Of a DNA stretch of 64,000 nucleotides, positions 39,361 to 49,066 are shown piece by piece. The notes below the pieces were generated by a model, which ran no database searches, was not told where the DNA came from, and saw only the letters and a program-made list of their open reading frames with translations. Made by a program: the position numbers and the translations under genes. The number at the start of each line of letters is the position of its first letter. The stretch's first letter is position 1. This DNA is from Candidatus Woesebacteria bacterium (lineage in GTDB: Bacteria > Patescibacteriota > Microgenomatia > UBA8517): positions 192,355-256,354 of the forward strand of contig CP066686.1 of assembly GCA_016432365.1 (NCBI GenBank), read 5' to 3'.

Positions 39361-40333
39361 AAAACCGGTGTTTCGATAGTCCGAAACTAGCTGCTAACTT
39401 AAGTGCTGGCCATCTTATCGATTCACCAATTTTATATATGTAGTACATTGGTTTGTTTATAATCAAATCCCATGTGCCCACAAATTCAATTACGCTAGGA
39501 TTGTAGCCTTCTTTAAATTTTGTAAACCCTTTGCCCTCCTCCCTCCCCCAAAGGTCAAATGTTCTCAAACCTTTTTTCTTCCCAAATCTAATTGCTTCCC
39601 ACATCATTAAGTTGTTGGCCATAACATTTTTGTGCTCTTCGGTAGAAGCGCCGTAGGGATAATATAGAAAGTCCTTCCAAACAAATAAAATCCAGGTGGT
39701 TATGATTTCTCCTTTGTAGCGGGCGGTGAGTAAGTGTGCGATTCCAGCCTTTTTTAAAATCTCCCACATTAATTTGTGATATCTGCGGGTATGGGCGTAG
39801 AATCCTTGACGACTGACGGTTTCTTCAGTTAATTCCAGGTACCTTTCAAATGCCTTATCGGAATTGTCTTCTTTAATGGTTACGCCGTTTTTTGTGGCGA
39901 CTCTAATGTTGTATCGGGTTTTGCTTGAAAAACTTTTCATTAGTTCTTCTTCGGACGGTGTGAGGTCAATCCAAAAAGTGGTGGGAGTGAAAACGGTTTT
40001 ACCGGGAACAGCACCATTTTTTGTTAAAAGATCTGTGGCCTTGAGTTTGTCTGCGCAAGCCATACCATCTTTTTTAATTGCGTAATTTGGCTCAAGTTTT
40101 ATAAAGATTAATCTATTTTCTTTACCGATTTTTATAAGATTCTTAATCATTCCCGGCGTTGGCATGGTCCCTTTTTCAAAAATGCCAACACGGTAGCTTG
40201 TAGCTGGTAGCTTGTGGGTGGTTATAATTCCATAAGGGGTTTCCAGAACTTCGTTCCCCCACTTGCGTCTAAACTCTGCCCACGCTGAAGTTTGTAGGGG
40301 GTGTGTAGCTATTTTGTCTAGATTGTTAATCAT
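39359..40333 (-). CDS. FemAB/FemX family peptidyltransferase
   Basis: HPLQT..W, KLEP, IDLT, KTRYNIR, YPYGAS, FDLWG and GFTKFK motifs. Confidence 0.88.
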   Translation of the reverse strand: MINNLDKIATHPLQTSAWAEFRRKWGNEVLETPYGIITTHKLPATSYRVGIFEKGTMPTPGMIKNLIKIGKENRLIFIKLEPNYAIKKDGMACADKLKATDLLTKNGAVPGKTVFTPTTFWIDLTPSEEELMKSFSSKTRYNIRVATKNGVTIKEDNSDKAFERYLELTEETVSRQGFYAHTRRYHKLMWEILKKAGIAHLLTARYKGEIITTWILFVWKDFLYYPYGASTEEHKNVMANNLMMWEAIRFGKKKGLRTFDLWGREEGKGFTKFKEGYNPSVIEFVGTWDLIINKPMYYIYKIGESIRWPALKLAASFGLSKHRF

Positions 40334-42251
40334 CGTGTGGTAAATATTTTTCGATTATGTCGTCGAAAGTTCCCTTGATATCCTCTACAGAGTCCAATTT
40401 TAGATCATCCGGCTTTGAAAAACTATTCATACCGATGTTTTCAAGCAAATTTTCCGGTATGTCCATAATAAATCTGGAAGGAGGGTTACTTAGTCTTTCT
40501 CCAAAATAAAGCCGGGAGTTTGCATAAGTTAAATATAGAATTTCTTTGGCGCGCGTTATGCCAACGTAAGCCAGACGCCTCTCCTCTTCCAATTGATTGA
40601 CATCCATTAAGCTTCGGGAATGGGGAAATAAACCTTCTTCCATGCCGACAATAAAAACAATTGGGAATTCCAATCCTTTAGCCGCATGTAGGGTCATCAG
40701 GGTCACGGAATCTTTTGCGACTGAGACGGAGTTGACCGGTTTTTGAGTTGATTCTACAAGCGCAACATTTTCCAAAAAATCATTAATTGCCGGAAACTCG
40801 GTAGCTACACTTCTCAATTCTTTAATGTTTTCCAACCTGGCCAAATTTTCCTCCGACTCTTTTTGGAACAAAGAAAGATAATCGGTTTTTTGTATAACAA
40901 CATCCAGAATTTCTAAGGTAGTCATACCGTCCAGCCAGTTTTCCGGAAGCCCTGATCTAAATTCCTCGAGTTTTTCAAAACGCCTAACGCCTATTTTTTC
41001 GATTCTCTTTTTAGATACAGAGTCTTTTGGATTAACTGTATACTTCAAATAGCTAATAATATCTTTTACTTCTTTACGGTCATAAAACCTGGTCCCCCCT
41101 ACTAATGAATATGGGACCCCCGTGTGAAGAAGGGCCTCTTCAAGTACACGGGACTGGGCATTTGTTCTGTATAAGATTGCAATGTCGCCGTATTTTCTTC
41201 CGATTGTTAATAAATCGCCAATCTCTTCGGCCAAAAAGTCTGCCTCTGCGAATCCATTATTGGCGGCGTAAAGTTTTATTTTTGAACCAGAATGCTTATC
41301 TGTCCAAAGTTTTAAAATAGGATGGTTTGTATTTTTTGAAATAACCAAATTGGCGGCGTCAAGGATATTTTGAGTTGATCTGTAATTTTGCTCCAAATTA
41401 ATTATCTTGATGTCCGGGTAATCGCGGGTGAGCAGGGTAATATTTCGATAATCTGCCCCACGCCATGAATAGATCGATTGAGAAGCGTCCCCCACAGCTG
41501 TAATATTTCGATTTTTTCCGACCAATAGTTTTGTTAGGGCATATTGAATTTTATTTGTATCTTGCCATTCGTCGACAAAGATGTGTGTTAGGGTTGTCTG
41601 CCATTTTGTTAGAATTTCGGGAGATTCCTTAAAAAGCTGGACCGTTTTAATCATCAGGTCGTCAAAATCCAGCGCCCCAATCTCCTTAAGCATTTTTTCG
41701 TATTGCTCATAGACTTTAGCAACTACTTCTTGCCACTCGCCTCTAACAAAATTTTTGTATTCGGCTGGGGTCAACATCTGATTTTTGGCTTCTCCGATTC
41801 CATTTAAGATCGAGGCCGGAGCAAATTGATCGGTTGAAATATTCAGACCTTCCAAAATTTGCTTAACGGCATCCTTTTGGTCTTGGTCGTCGTAAATAAT
41901 GAAATTTGTCGGAATTCCAATATATTTTCCGTCAATTCTAAGAACTTTGGCACAAAAACTATGAAATGTTCCGGAGAAAACTGTTGACTGCTTGCCGTTG
42001 ACTGACGGCTGACCGAGTAGGTCGTTAATTCTTTGCCGCATCTCAGTTGCTGCTTTATTGGTGAATGTTAAAAGAAGTGCATTTTCAGGTTTAATTAAGC
42101 CTTGGGCAATAAAATAAGCAACACGGTGAGTTAAGACTTTTGTTTTCCCGCTCCCTGCTCCGGCCAAAACCAGAAGGGGTCCTGCGGTATAAGTTACAGC
42201 AGCGAGCTGATCTTTGTTTAAATCGTTTGTTAGCTTGCCTACGTCATTCAT
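40326..42251 (-). CDS. pcrA: ATP-dependent DNA helicase PcrA/UvrD
   Basis: AGAGSGKT, TFTNKAA, DEWQDTN, LEQNYRST, YRTNAQSR and EEERRLAYVGITRA motifs. Confidence 0.93.
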   Translation of the reverse strand: MNDVGKLTNDLNKDQLAAVTYTAGPLLVLAGAGSGKTKVLTHRVAYFIAQGLIKPENALLLTFTNKAATEMRQRINDLLGQPSVNGKQSTVFSGTFHSFCAKVLRIDGKYIGIPTNFIIYDDQDQKDAVKQILEGLNISTDQFAPASILNGIGEAKNQMLTPAEYKNFVRGEWQEVVAKVYEQYEKMLKEIGALDFDDLMIKTVQLFKESPEILTKWQTTLTHIFVDEWQDTNKIQYALTKLLVGKNRNITAVGDASQSIYSWRGADYRNITLLTRDYPDIKIINLEQNYRSTQNILDAANLVISKNTNHPILKLWTDKHSGSKIKLYAANNGFAEADFLAEEIGDLLTIGRKYGDIAILYRTNAQSRVLEEALLHTGVPYSLVGGTRFYDRKEVKDIISYLKYTVNPKDSVSKKRIEKIGVRRFEKLEEFRSGLPENWLDGMTTLEILDVVIQKTDYLSLFQKESEENLARLENIKELRSVATEFPAINDFLENVALVESTQKPVNSVSVAKDSVTLMTLHAAKGLEFPIVFIVGMEEGLFPHSRSLMDVNQLEEERRLAYVGITRAKEILYLTYANSRLYFGERLSNPPSRFIMDIPENLLENIGMNSFSKPDDLKLDSVEDIKGTFDDIIEKYLPHDD

Positions 42252-42269
42252 TACAAATACAATAGTAGC

Positions 42270-43238
42270 ATGAGTATTAAAAAAATTACCCTCTTGATAT
42301 TAGGCATCGCAGTTGTATTTTTTTTGATTTTCCTATATGTTTTTAGATCGCAAGTTCATATAGCTTCGAAATTTTTGTTTCCTGATATAGCTCAAGTGAG
42401 GTCTGATAGCAACCGCACCAACTTTTTGATTTTGGGTATTGGAGGAAAGGACCATACAGGAGGAGACCTAACCGACACAATAATGCTTGTTTCGGTAAAT
42501 CTAAAAGGTCAGGGAGTGGATGTAGTTTCAATTCCCAGGGATTTGTGGATTCCTGAAATCCGCGCCAAAATTAATAGCGCCTATCATTACGGAGGCACGG
42601 ACTTGGCAAAGTCTTCGGTAGAGAAGGTTACGGGAATAAAGATCCAATATTCAGCGATAGTGGACTTTTCAGCCTTTAAAGATATTGTAGATGCCCTTGG
42701 CGGAATTCAAGTGGATGTAGAAACAGGCTTCTCTGATAAATTGTATCCAATTGCTGGGCGGGAAAACGATACATGTAGCGGGGACAGAACTCTTGCCTGT
42801 CGTTATGAGACGGTAACTTTTGTACCCGGTCTTCAATTGATGAATGGCGACACAGCTTTAAAATTTGTCCGTTCGCGACACGCCGAAGGACCAGAGGGGA
42901 CAGATCAGGCGCGTGAGGCCCGACAACAAAAAGTTATAGATGCCATCAAGAATAAATTACTTACGCCTCAAATTTATCTTTCGTTGAATATGGACAAGGC
43001 AATATTTAATGTACTAAGAAATTCTGTCGAAACGGATGTTGATGATAAGACAGCAGCAATTATTGCCAGAAAAGTTTTTGATTCCAGAAATTCAATAAAT
43101 AAATATTTAATTCCGGACGGTTTTTTGATCAACCCCCCAATTACAAGTAGTTATGATAAACAATACGTCTTAATACCAAAAGAGGGTAATGGGAAATGGG
43201 AGGAGATTCAAAAATGGATCAGTAGACTTCTTAAGTAA
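42270..43238 (+). CDS. LCP (LytR-CpsA-Psr) family protein
   Basis: LTDTIM, SIPRDLW, KINSAY, FVRSRH and RQQ motifs. Confidence 0.9.
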   Translation: MSIKKITLLILGIAVVFFLIFLYVFRSQVHIASKFLFPDIAQVRSDSNRTNFLILGIGGKDHTGGDLTDTIMLVSVNLKGQGVDVVSIPRDLWIPEIRAKINSAYHYGGTDLAKSSVEKVTGIKIQYSAIVDFSAFKDIVDALGGIQVDVETGFSDKLYPIAGRENDTCSGDRTLACRYETVTFVPGLQLMNGDTALKFVRSRHAEGPEGTDQAREARQQKVIDAIKNKLLTPQIYLSLNMDKAIFNVLRNSVETDVDDKTAAIIARKVFDSRNSINKYLIPDGFLINPPITSSYDKQYVLIPKEGNGKWEEIQKWISRLLK

Positions 43239-43240
43239 AA

Positions 43241-44899
43241 ATGCGAGATCTATTAAAAAAAATACGCAAAGAACCCGTTTGGATACTTGTGGCGGTACTG
43301 GGTTGCATTATCTACTTTCTTTTTGATAGTCACATAATCAAACCCGACATAAACGGAAATTTAACAACAGGGGAAAGCACCTATGGAGATTTGCCGTTTC
43401 ATTTGGCGACTGTTTCCCGAATGGCCTACACTGGGACCCTTCCTCCGGAAAACCCATTATTTTCAGGAATTCCCTTGGTTTATCCATTTTTTATAAACTT
43501 TTTATCGGCTGTAATTGTGATTTGGGGATTTAGTCTCAGATCTTCAATAATTTTCCCGGGTATGATTTTTTCTATTCTCATGATCATATCTCTTTACTTT
43601 TTTTACAAAAAGTTGACCGGACGCAAGTCGGTCGCCTTTTTGGGAACACTTTTATTTTTCCTCAATGGTGGCCTTGGCTTCTATTATTTTTTGAAAGACG
43701 TTGCATTAAAGGGAAAACTTGAAAATTTTATAACCAACCCTGGCGCCTATCCGGATTACAGTCATTTATTCGGACAAAATATACAATGGTGTAATTTTTT
43801 ATCCCGGATATTGATTCCCGAACGGAGCGTCCTTTTGGGAATTCCGATGGGAATTTCTATTTTGTATATACTTTTTTTGAAGGAGAAAGAGGACAAAAAA
43901 AATTTAGATTGGTGGTTTATTTTAGCAGCAGTGTTAACAGGTCTTTTGCCGCTTTCCCATACTCATACGTTTATAGTTTTTAGTCTCTTGATTCCGTTTT
44001 TGGCTTTTTTTGAGTTGCGCATAAGTAATTGGAAAGAATGGTTAAAAAGATGGTCAATTTTTGGGGCGATAACTCTGGTGGTTGCAGTTCCGCAATTAAG
44101 GTTAATTTTTTTCCATTTAAATACCAGCTCGACCTTCTTTAAATATCACATCGGTTGGATGAGCAATCCGGGAATATTGGAATTTACAATGTTTTGGTGG
44201 AAAAATACGGGTGTATTAATTCCCCTATTAATTTCATCTCTATTTTTTATCAAAACCTACAAATTATTGACCAGACTGGTTTGGTTTTCGTTTTTTGTTT
44301 TTACAATCATAAATTTATTTATTTTCCAACCATTTGATTGGGACAACGTTAAGTTTCTTTTTTGGTTTGCAATCATCGCTTACGGGGCAATTGCTTTTCT
44401 TTTGGTAAAATTATGGCAGAGCAAAATCTTTTTTGGAAAAATACTCGCGGCAATTCTCGTTGCTTCACTAACTCTGTCTTCACTACTGTCTATATATCGT
44501 GAGATGAATGTAAGCTATCAGTTGTTTTCTAAGGAAGAGGTTGATTTAGGATCGTGGGTTAGGGAAAATACACCGTTTGATTCGTTATTTTTGACGGAGT
44601 TCACTCACAGGAGCTTTGCAAGCAACTTAGGCGGGAGAAAAATATTAATGGGCTATCAAGGTAGTCTTTGGGTTCACGGAATAAAATATGGGGACAGGGA
44701 AAGGGATATTAAAAATATATATTTAGGTGCCAGCGACGCGATGAACCTTTTGTATAAATATGATGTCGACTATGTTGTAATAGGTCCGGGAGAAAGGAAT
44801 GTGCTAAAAGCAAGCGAAGATTTTTTTATAGAAAATTTCTGTCTTGTTAAAGCTACTACAAATTACAGGATTTATTCTGTAAAATGCGGCATCGAATAA
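43241..44899 (+). CDS. Polytopic GT-C-like membrane protein
   Basis: GDLPFH, YPF, PERS and WDNVKF motifs; C-terminal Y.VDYV.IG..E domain. Confidence 0.65.
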   Translation: MRDLLKKIRKEPVWILVAVLGCIIYFLFDSHIIKPDINGNLTTGESTYGDLPFHLATVSRMAYTGTLPPENPLFSGIPLVYPFFINFLSAVIVIWGFSLRSSIIFPGMIFSILMIISLYFFYKKLTGRKSVAFLGTLLFFLNGGLGFYYFLKDVALKGKLENFITNPGAYPDYSHLFGQNIQWCNFLSRILIPERSVLLGIPMGISILYILFLKEKEDKKNLDWWFILAAVLTGLLPLSHTHTFIVFSLLIPFLAFFELRISNWKEWLKRWSIFGAITLVVAVPQLRLIFFHLNTSSTFFKYHIGWMSNPGILEFTMFWWKNTGVLIPLLISSLFFIKTYKLLTRLVWFSFFVFTIINLFIFQPFDWDNVKFLFWFAIIAYGAIAFLLVKLWQSKIFFGKILAAILVASLTLSSLLSIYREMNVSYQLFSKEEVDLGSWVRENTPFDSLFLTEFTHRSFASNLGGRKILMGYQGSLWVHGIKYGDRERDIKNIYLGASDAMNLLYKYDVDYVVIGPGERNVLKASEDFFIENFCLVKATTNYRIYSVKCGIE

Positions 44900-47334
44900 T
44901 AATGTTCACATTTATTAAAAGAATGTTAAGCAGTAGGATTTTTTTATTACTTTTTTTTGGTTTATTTTTTAGGGTCGTGCTCTCTTTTTTTGGGACATTG
45001 AATCTGGATCAGGGAACATTTGTTGCCTGGAGCATTAACCTTGCCCGGGATGGTTTTAGAAATTTCTATAACGGATGGAGTGATTATCTACCCGGATACC
45101 TTTATGTTCTTTGGCTCTTGGCGAAGATCAATCTGTTTGGGATATTTCCGACGTCAATTCTTTACAAACTACCGGCGATAATTTCCGACTTGTTGACTGG
45201 GCTTATTATTTATAAGATATTGCGTAAATCCAAGGGCGAAAAATGGGGACTTGTTGGAAGTGCTATTTATATTTTTAATCCTGCTGTTTTTGCAAACTCT
45301 GCTTTGTGGGGTCAGGTTGATTCTTTGACATCATTGTTCTCGGTGTTGTCTGTTTATCTATTGCCATTTAGTCTTCACCTTTCTGCTGTAGGTCTAGCGA
45401 TTGGAACCCTCGTAAAACCGCAAACAGCCTTTATTTTTCCTGTAATTCTGTTTTTACTAATCAAAAATAAGAAAAAGTTTTCAGATTTCCTGGTTTATGG
45501 TATCACGGGTTTAATTGTTTTTGTTGCCGGATTCATTCCTTTTTGGAACCACGGTAATTTGATATCTTTTATTTTTGAGAGATTGGGTTTATCTCTAAAT
45601 CAATACCCATATACTTCAGTAAACGCCTTTAATTTTTGGGGACTTATCGGGCTATGGAAACCTGACAATGTCGTCTTCCAAGTTTGTGGATATGTTTTAT
45701 TTATAGCTGCGACAGTGTTTTTATCCTTTAAATTGTGGAAACAAAAGAACCCTGAATATTATTTAACATCTTTTATATTTGCTGTAAGTTTTGTTTTTTT
45801 TACCCGGATGCACGAGAGACATCTTCTTCCATTATTTGCACCCCTTGCCATCGTAGCGATAGAGAATCCGGTTCTTATGATTCCTTATCTTAGTTTTTCT
45901 TTAACTTATGTTGCAAATCTTTACTATGCGTATGTTTGGATTTCATCTAACTTCAAAGAGGTGTTTTCTGATTTTTTTATCAAAATTCTTGAGCTTATTA
46001 ATATCGGATCAGTCTTTTTTATGTTTACCGTTATTGCTAAAAAAATAAATAAAACATGGTTGTGGTTTAAATATCCGTTTAATCGAGTATTTGGAAACAA
46101 AAAACAATCGATTGTAAAATACAAGTTACCTCAGAATAGTCTTTCTAAAAATAAAGCAAAATATATTTTAATTGGAATTTTGGCATTCGCATTTGTTACC
46201 AGAATATATAATTTAAATTCTCCTAAAACCGAATATTTTGATGAGGTTTACCACGCTTTTACCGCGAAGGTAATGATACACGCAGATGCCAACAAGGCTT
46301 GGGAATGGTGGAACACCCCGCCGGAAGGATTTGCTTACGAATGGACGCACCCACCTTTGGCAAAGTTGGGCATGGTAATGGGGATGAAAATATTTGGGGA
46401 AGATTCTTTTGGATGGAGAGTCCCCGGAGCAATTCTTGGTGTTGGATCGGTACTACTGGTTTATCTTTTAGCAAAATTTTTATTTAAAGATGAATTAACC
46501 GGGCTTTTGTCGGCTGCCGTCTTTTCTCTCGACGGACTGGTACTTGTAATGAGCAGGATAGGAATGAACGACAGTTATTTGCTGTTTTTTGTATTGCTGT
46601 CGATATATTTCTTTTTGCAGAAAAAAGATTTTCGGTCTGCAGTCTCATTTGGTTTGGCAATTTCTTCCAAGTGGTCGGCAATTTGGGCAATTCCAATTTT
46701 GGGGATTATCTGGCTAAAGAGGAAGAATAAATTTAGACTTTCAACTTTTGCGTTTTTTTTAGTTATTCCGTTTATCATATATCTTTCATCTTACATCCAG
46801 ATGTTCCTAACCGGTCATGGTCTTGATATCTGGTGGGGAATGCAGGAGCAGATGTGGTGGTATCACACGGGGCTAAAGGCAACTCATGCATATTCCTCTT
46901 CTTGGTGGAGTTGGCCTTTTTTGATTCGTCCTATTTATCTTTACACCTCCAATGAGGTGGCTGGTTGGGTTGCAAGAATCTATGCGATGGGCAATCCATT
47001 GGTTTTTTGGTTCGGTATGACCTCAGTTGTCATGGGATTCGTTTATGCGTTCATGGAAAAAAATAAAAAGATTGGATTTGTCGTATTTAGTTATCTGATA
47101 TTTTTTGTTCCTTGGGCACTCTCCCCGAGAATAATGTTTTTATATCATTACCTTCCTTCAATTCCTTTCTTAGCGATAGCAATTGGGTATATTCTACGCC
47201 GTAACCCCAAGTTGATTTTCCCGTTCTTAGTTTTTAGCTTTTCGCTTTTCCTTTACTTTTATCCTCATTGGATCGGTCTTCAAATCCCGTTATGGTTAGA
47301 CAGGGGCTACTATTGGGTAGCCTCATGGCGTTGA
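44884..47334 (+). CDS. Two-domain membrane glycosyltransferase (GT87-like plus protein O-mannosyltransferase PMT)
   Basis: DYLPGY, WGQVD and MHERH; second domain YFDEVY, HPPLAK, H.Y.S.WWSWP and FLYHYLP. Confidence 0.8.
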   Translation: MRHRIIMFTFIKRMLSSRIFLLLFFGLFFRVVLSFFGTLNLDQGTFVAWSINLARDGFRNFYNGWSDYLPGYLYVLWLLAKINLFGIFPTSILYKLPAIISDLLTGLIIYKILRKSKGEKWGLVGSAIYIFNPAVFANSALWGQVDSLTSLFSVLSVYLLPFSLHLSAVGLAIGTLVKPQTAFIFPVILFLLIKNKKKFSDFLVYGITGLIVFVAGFIPFWNHGNLISFIFERLGLSLNQYPYTSVNAFNFWGLIGLWKPDNVVFQVCGYVLFIAATVFLSFKLWKQKNPEYYLTSFIFAVSFVFFTRMHERHLLPLFAPLAIVAIENPVLMIPYLSFSLTYVANLYYAYVWISSNFKEVFSDFFIKILELINIGSVFFMFTVIAKKINKTWLWFKYPFNRVFGNKKQSIVKYKLPQNSLSKNKAKYILIGILAFAFVTRIYNLNSPKTEYFDEVYHAFTAKVMIHADANKAWEWWNTPPEGFAYEWTHPPLAKLGMVMGMKIFGEDSFGWRVPGAILGVGSVLLVYLLAKFLFKDELTGLLSAAVFSLDGLVLVMSRIGMNDSYLLFFVLLSIYFFLQKKDFRSAVSFGLAISSKWSAIWAIPILGIIWLKRKNKFRLSTFAFFLVIPFIIYLSSYIQMFLTGHGLDIWWGMQEQMWWYHTGLKATHAYSSSWWSWPFLIRPIYLYTSNEVAGWVARIYAMGNPLVFWFGMTSVVMGFVYAFMEKNKKIGFVVFSYLIFFVPWALSPRIMFLYHYLPSIPFLAIAIGYILRRNPKLIFPFLVFSFSLFLYFYPHWIGLQIPLWLDRGYYWVASWR

Positions 47335-47833
47335 GACAGACGTTTGACGACAGAAGTATGAAGTCTGATAATGAATTTAGATGGAAGAAATAGGAAGACC
47401 GATTATAAAGAGTTTCAAAGATTTAGAGATTTACACGGAAAGTTTTCAACTTCAGATAGAGATTGAAGAATTACTAAAAACATTTCCAGAACTAGAGAGG
47501 TATCTATTGGTTGATCAAATGAGAAGGTGTTGCCGGTCAATTCCCGCAATAATATCAGAAGGATGGGCGCTGCGTGATTCGGTGAAGGAGTTTAAGAATT
47601 TTTTACGAAGAGCTTACGGAAGTAATTGTGAAATGATAAACCACCTTATGCTTGCGAAGTATAAGAGTTATATAAAAATGGATGGTTATGCAGACGAACT
47701 TATAAAAAGATATGAAATATTGGGAATGAAAATCACTAAACTTCGAAACAATTGGCAGAAATTTAAATAGATTCAACCTTCCATTTTCGTATTTCAGTCT
47801 TCGTTTCTGTCTTCAAAACTCGAACATCTGTCT
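47334..47833. repeat. Imperfect ~55-bp inverted repeats enclosing the four-helix-bundle gene
   Basis: agacagacgtttgacgacagaag...gatggaag (47334-87) versus cttccat...ttctgtcttcaaa...catctgtct (47778-833). Confidence 0.75.
47381..47770 (+). CDS. Four helix bundle protein (23S rRNA IVS-protein family)
   Basis: SFKDLEIY, FP..E.Y.L.DQMRR...SI...ISEG and F..FL..A.GS..E signature. Confidence 0.88.
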   Translation: MEEIGRPIIKSFKDLEIYTESFQLQIEIEELLKTFPELERYLLVDQMRRCCRSIPAIISEGWALRDSVKEFKNFLRRAYGSNCEMINHLMLAKYKSYIKMDGYADELIKRYEILGMKITKLRNNWQKFK

Positions 47834-47843
47834 TCGTATTTTT

Positions 47844-48122
47844 TTATGCCGGTCCTAGGACAAAATTTCCTTTCCCCAGAAAATATATAAGCAGTCCCAA
47901 GAACAAAATTATTATGAGGAAATAACCGACAGACCAGCCCCCCTCGTGTGGGAAAAAAAGATCAAAAGGATACGATGTAAAAATAGAAGTTTTAAGCTTC
48001 TTAAGGGAAGACATGGTTAAATAAAAAGCGGCATACACAATTATTGCCGTAGTGAGAACAACAATTATAAAAACATAATTGTTTTTAAAAAAATCTAATA
48101 ATGTGTTAAGAAGTGTGATCAA
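47844..48122 (-). CDS. Small two-TM membrane protein
   Basis: Probable TTG start overlapping the upstream TGA; two hydrophobic helices. Confidence 0.5.
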   Translation of the reverse strand: MITLLNTLLDFFKNNYVFIIVVLTTAIIVYAAFYLTMSSLKKLKTSIFTSYPFDLFFPHEGGWSVGYFLIIILFLGLLIYFLGKGNFVLGPA

Positions 48123-49051
48123 AGCGCCAGTAAGAGTGACCCCAAGATGACCAGTATTCCAAGTCCGGCTCCTGCCATTGTCGGCCAATCCGTTCCTGAT
48201 TGTGGAAGAGTCGGAGGTGTTGCGGTTGGTGCGGGCGTGCCGTTACAAACACAGTCGCTTTCGGCTGTACAAGAGGGATTTCTACAAAAACCGTTGTAGC
48301 AGACAAGATCGCTTCCGCAATTAAAGTTGCTTCCACATGTTCCGCCGCATGAGTTTGGTGGAGCGGTTGGCGTAGCTGTAGGTGAGGCACTAGGACTTTC
48401 CGTTTGTGTGCCGGCCACAGTTACAGCAATAGAACAGTTAGAGGTTGAGTCACCTGCACCCTGGACGGTGGCTGTATTTGATATAGTTCCTGTCGCCGTG
48501 TCGTTTACGGACACTCTAAAGGCGGCCTGAGTATTTGTTCCCGCCAGAGTACATGTGACTTTTCTGGTCGAAGCCGCGTAGCCACACTCACTATCGCTAT
48601 CAACAAATGTAACTTCAGTTGGCAGGGTGTCCGTTATTGTAATGGCCTTCGTGGTATTGGGTGGCCCCGGTTTTACAACAAACACAATTTTATCGCCGAC
48701 ATTCACACTGGCGTTATTTGCAAGCAAGTTTGCATTAGAGATGTCGTAACTACCAGCGGTATTCGAAGCCACATCCTTGTACACTCTTTTGCTTGTACAA
48801 ACAATCACTCCGGGTGTTGCGGTGGGGGTTGCTGTTGGTGTCGCAGTTGGGGTGGGAGTAGCTGTTTGTGTGGTAAAAGTAAAAGAAAGATTGCAGGAAT
48901 TTTCGGACGCTTTTGGATTACTTGAAGGAACGTTCGGAGCCACTGACGTTTGACGCAACTGGTAAAGCCTGATAGCGGTAAAAATGGCAACACCTGCCAA
49001 GATTAGGGTAATAATTATTATTAAGCCGGTTGCAAATTTAGATTTTTTCAT
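48119..49051 (-). CDS. Surface protein with DUF11-like domain, Cys-rich module and LPxSG+TM tail
   Basis: ITDTLP..VTFV, ISNTATV, CGGTC...C..GFCRNP.C, LPQSG plus hydrophobic C-terminus. Confidence 0.75.
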   Translation of the reverse strand: MKKSKFATGLIIIITLILAGVAIFTAIRLYQLRQTSVAPNVPSSNPKASENSCNLSFTFTTQTATPTPTATPTATPTATPGVIVCTSKRVYKDVASNTAGSYDISNANLLANNASVNVGDKIVFVVKPGPPNTTKAITITDTLPTEVTFVDSDSECGYAASTRKVTCTLAGTNTQAAFRVSVNDTATGTISNTATVQGAGDSTSNCSIAVTVAGTQTESPSASPTATPTAPPNSCGGTCGSNFNCGSDLVCYNGFCRNPSCTAESDCVCNGTPAPTATPPTLPQSGTDWPTMAGAGLGILVILGSLLLAL

Positions 49052-49066
49052 AATTCAGGTGTTGCG

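Noticed and set aside
47381-47770. Diversity-generating retroelement (Avd-like protein)
   Set aside because: No reverse transcriptase and no TR/VR pair with adenine-specific mismatches in the window.
48810-48875. Repeats encoding TPTATPTATP
   Set aside because: Codon-phased Pro/Thr linker, explained at the protein level and unlike the period-7 tracts.
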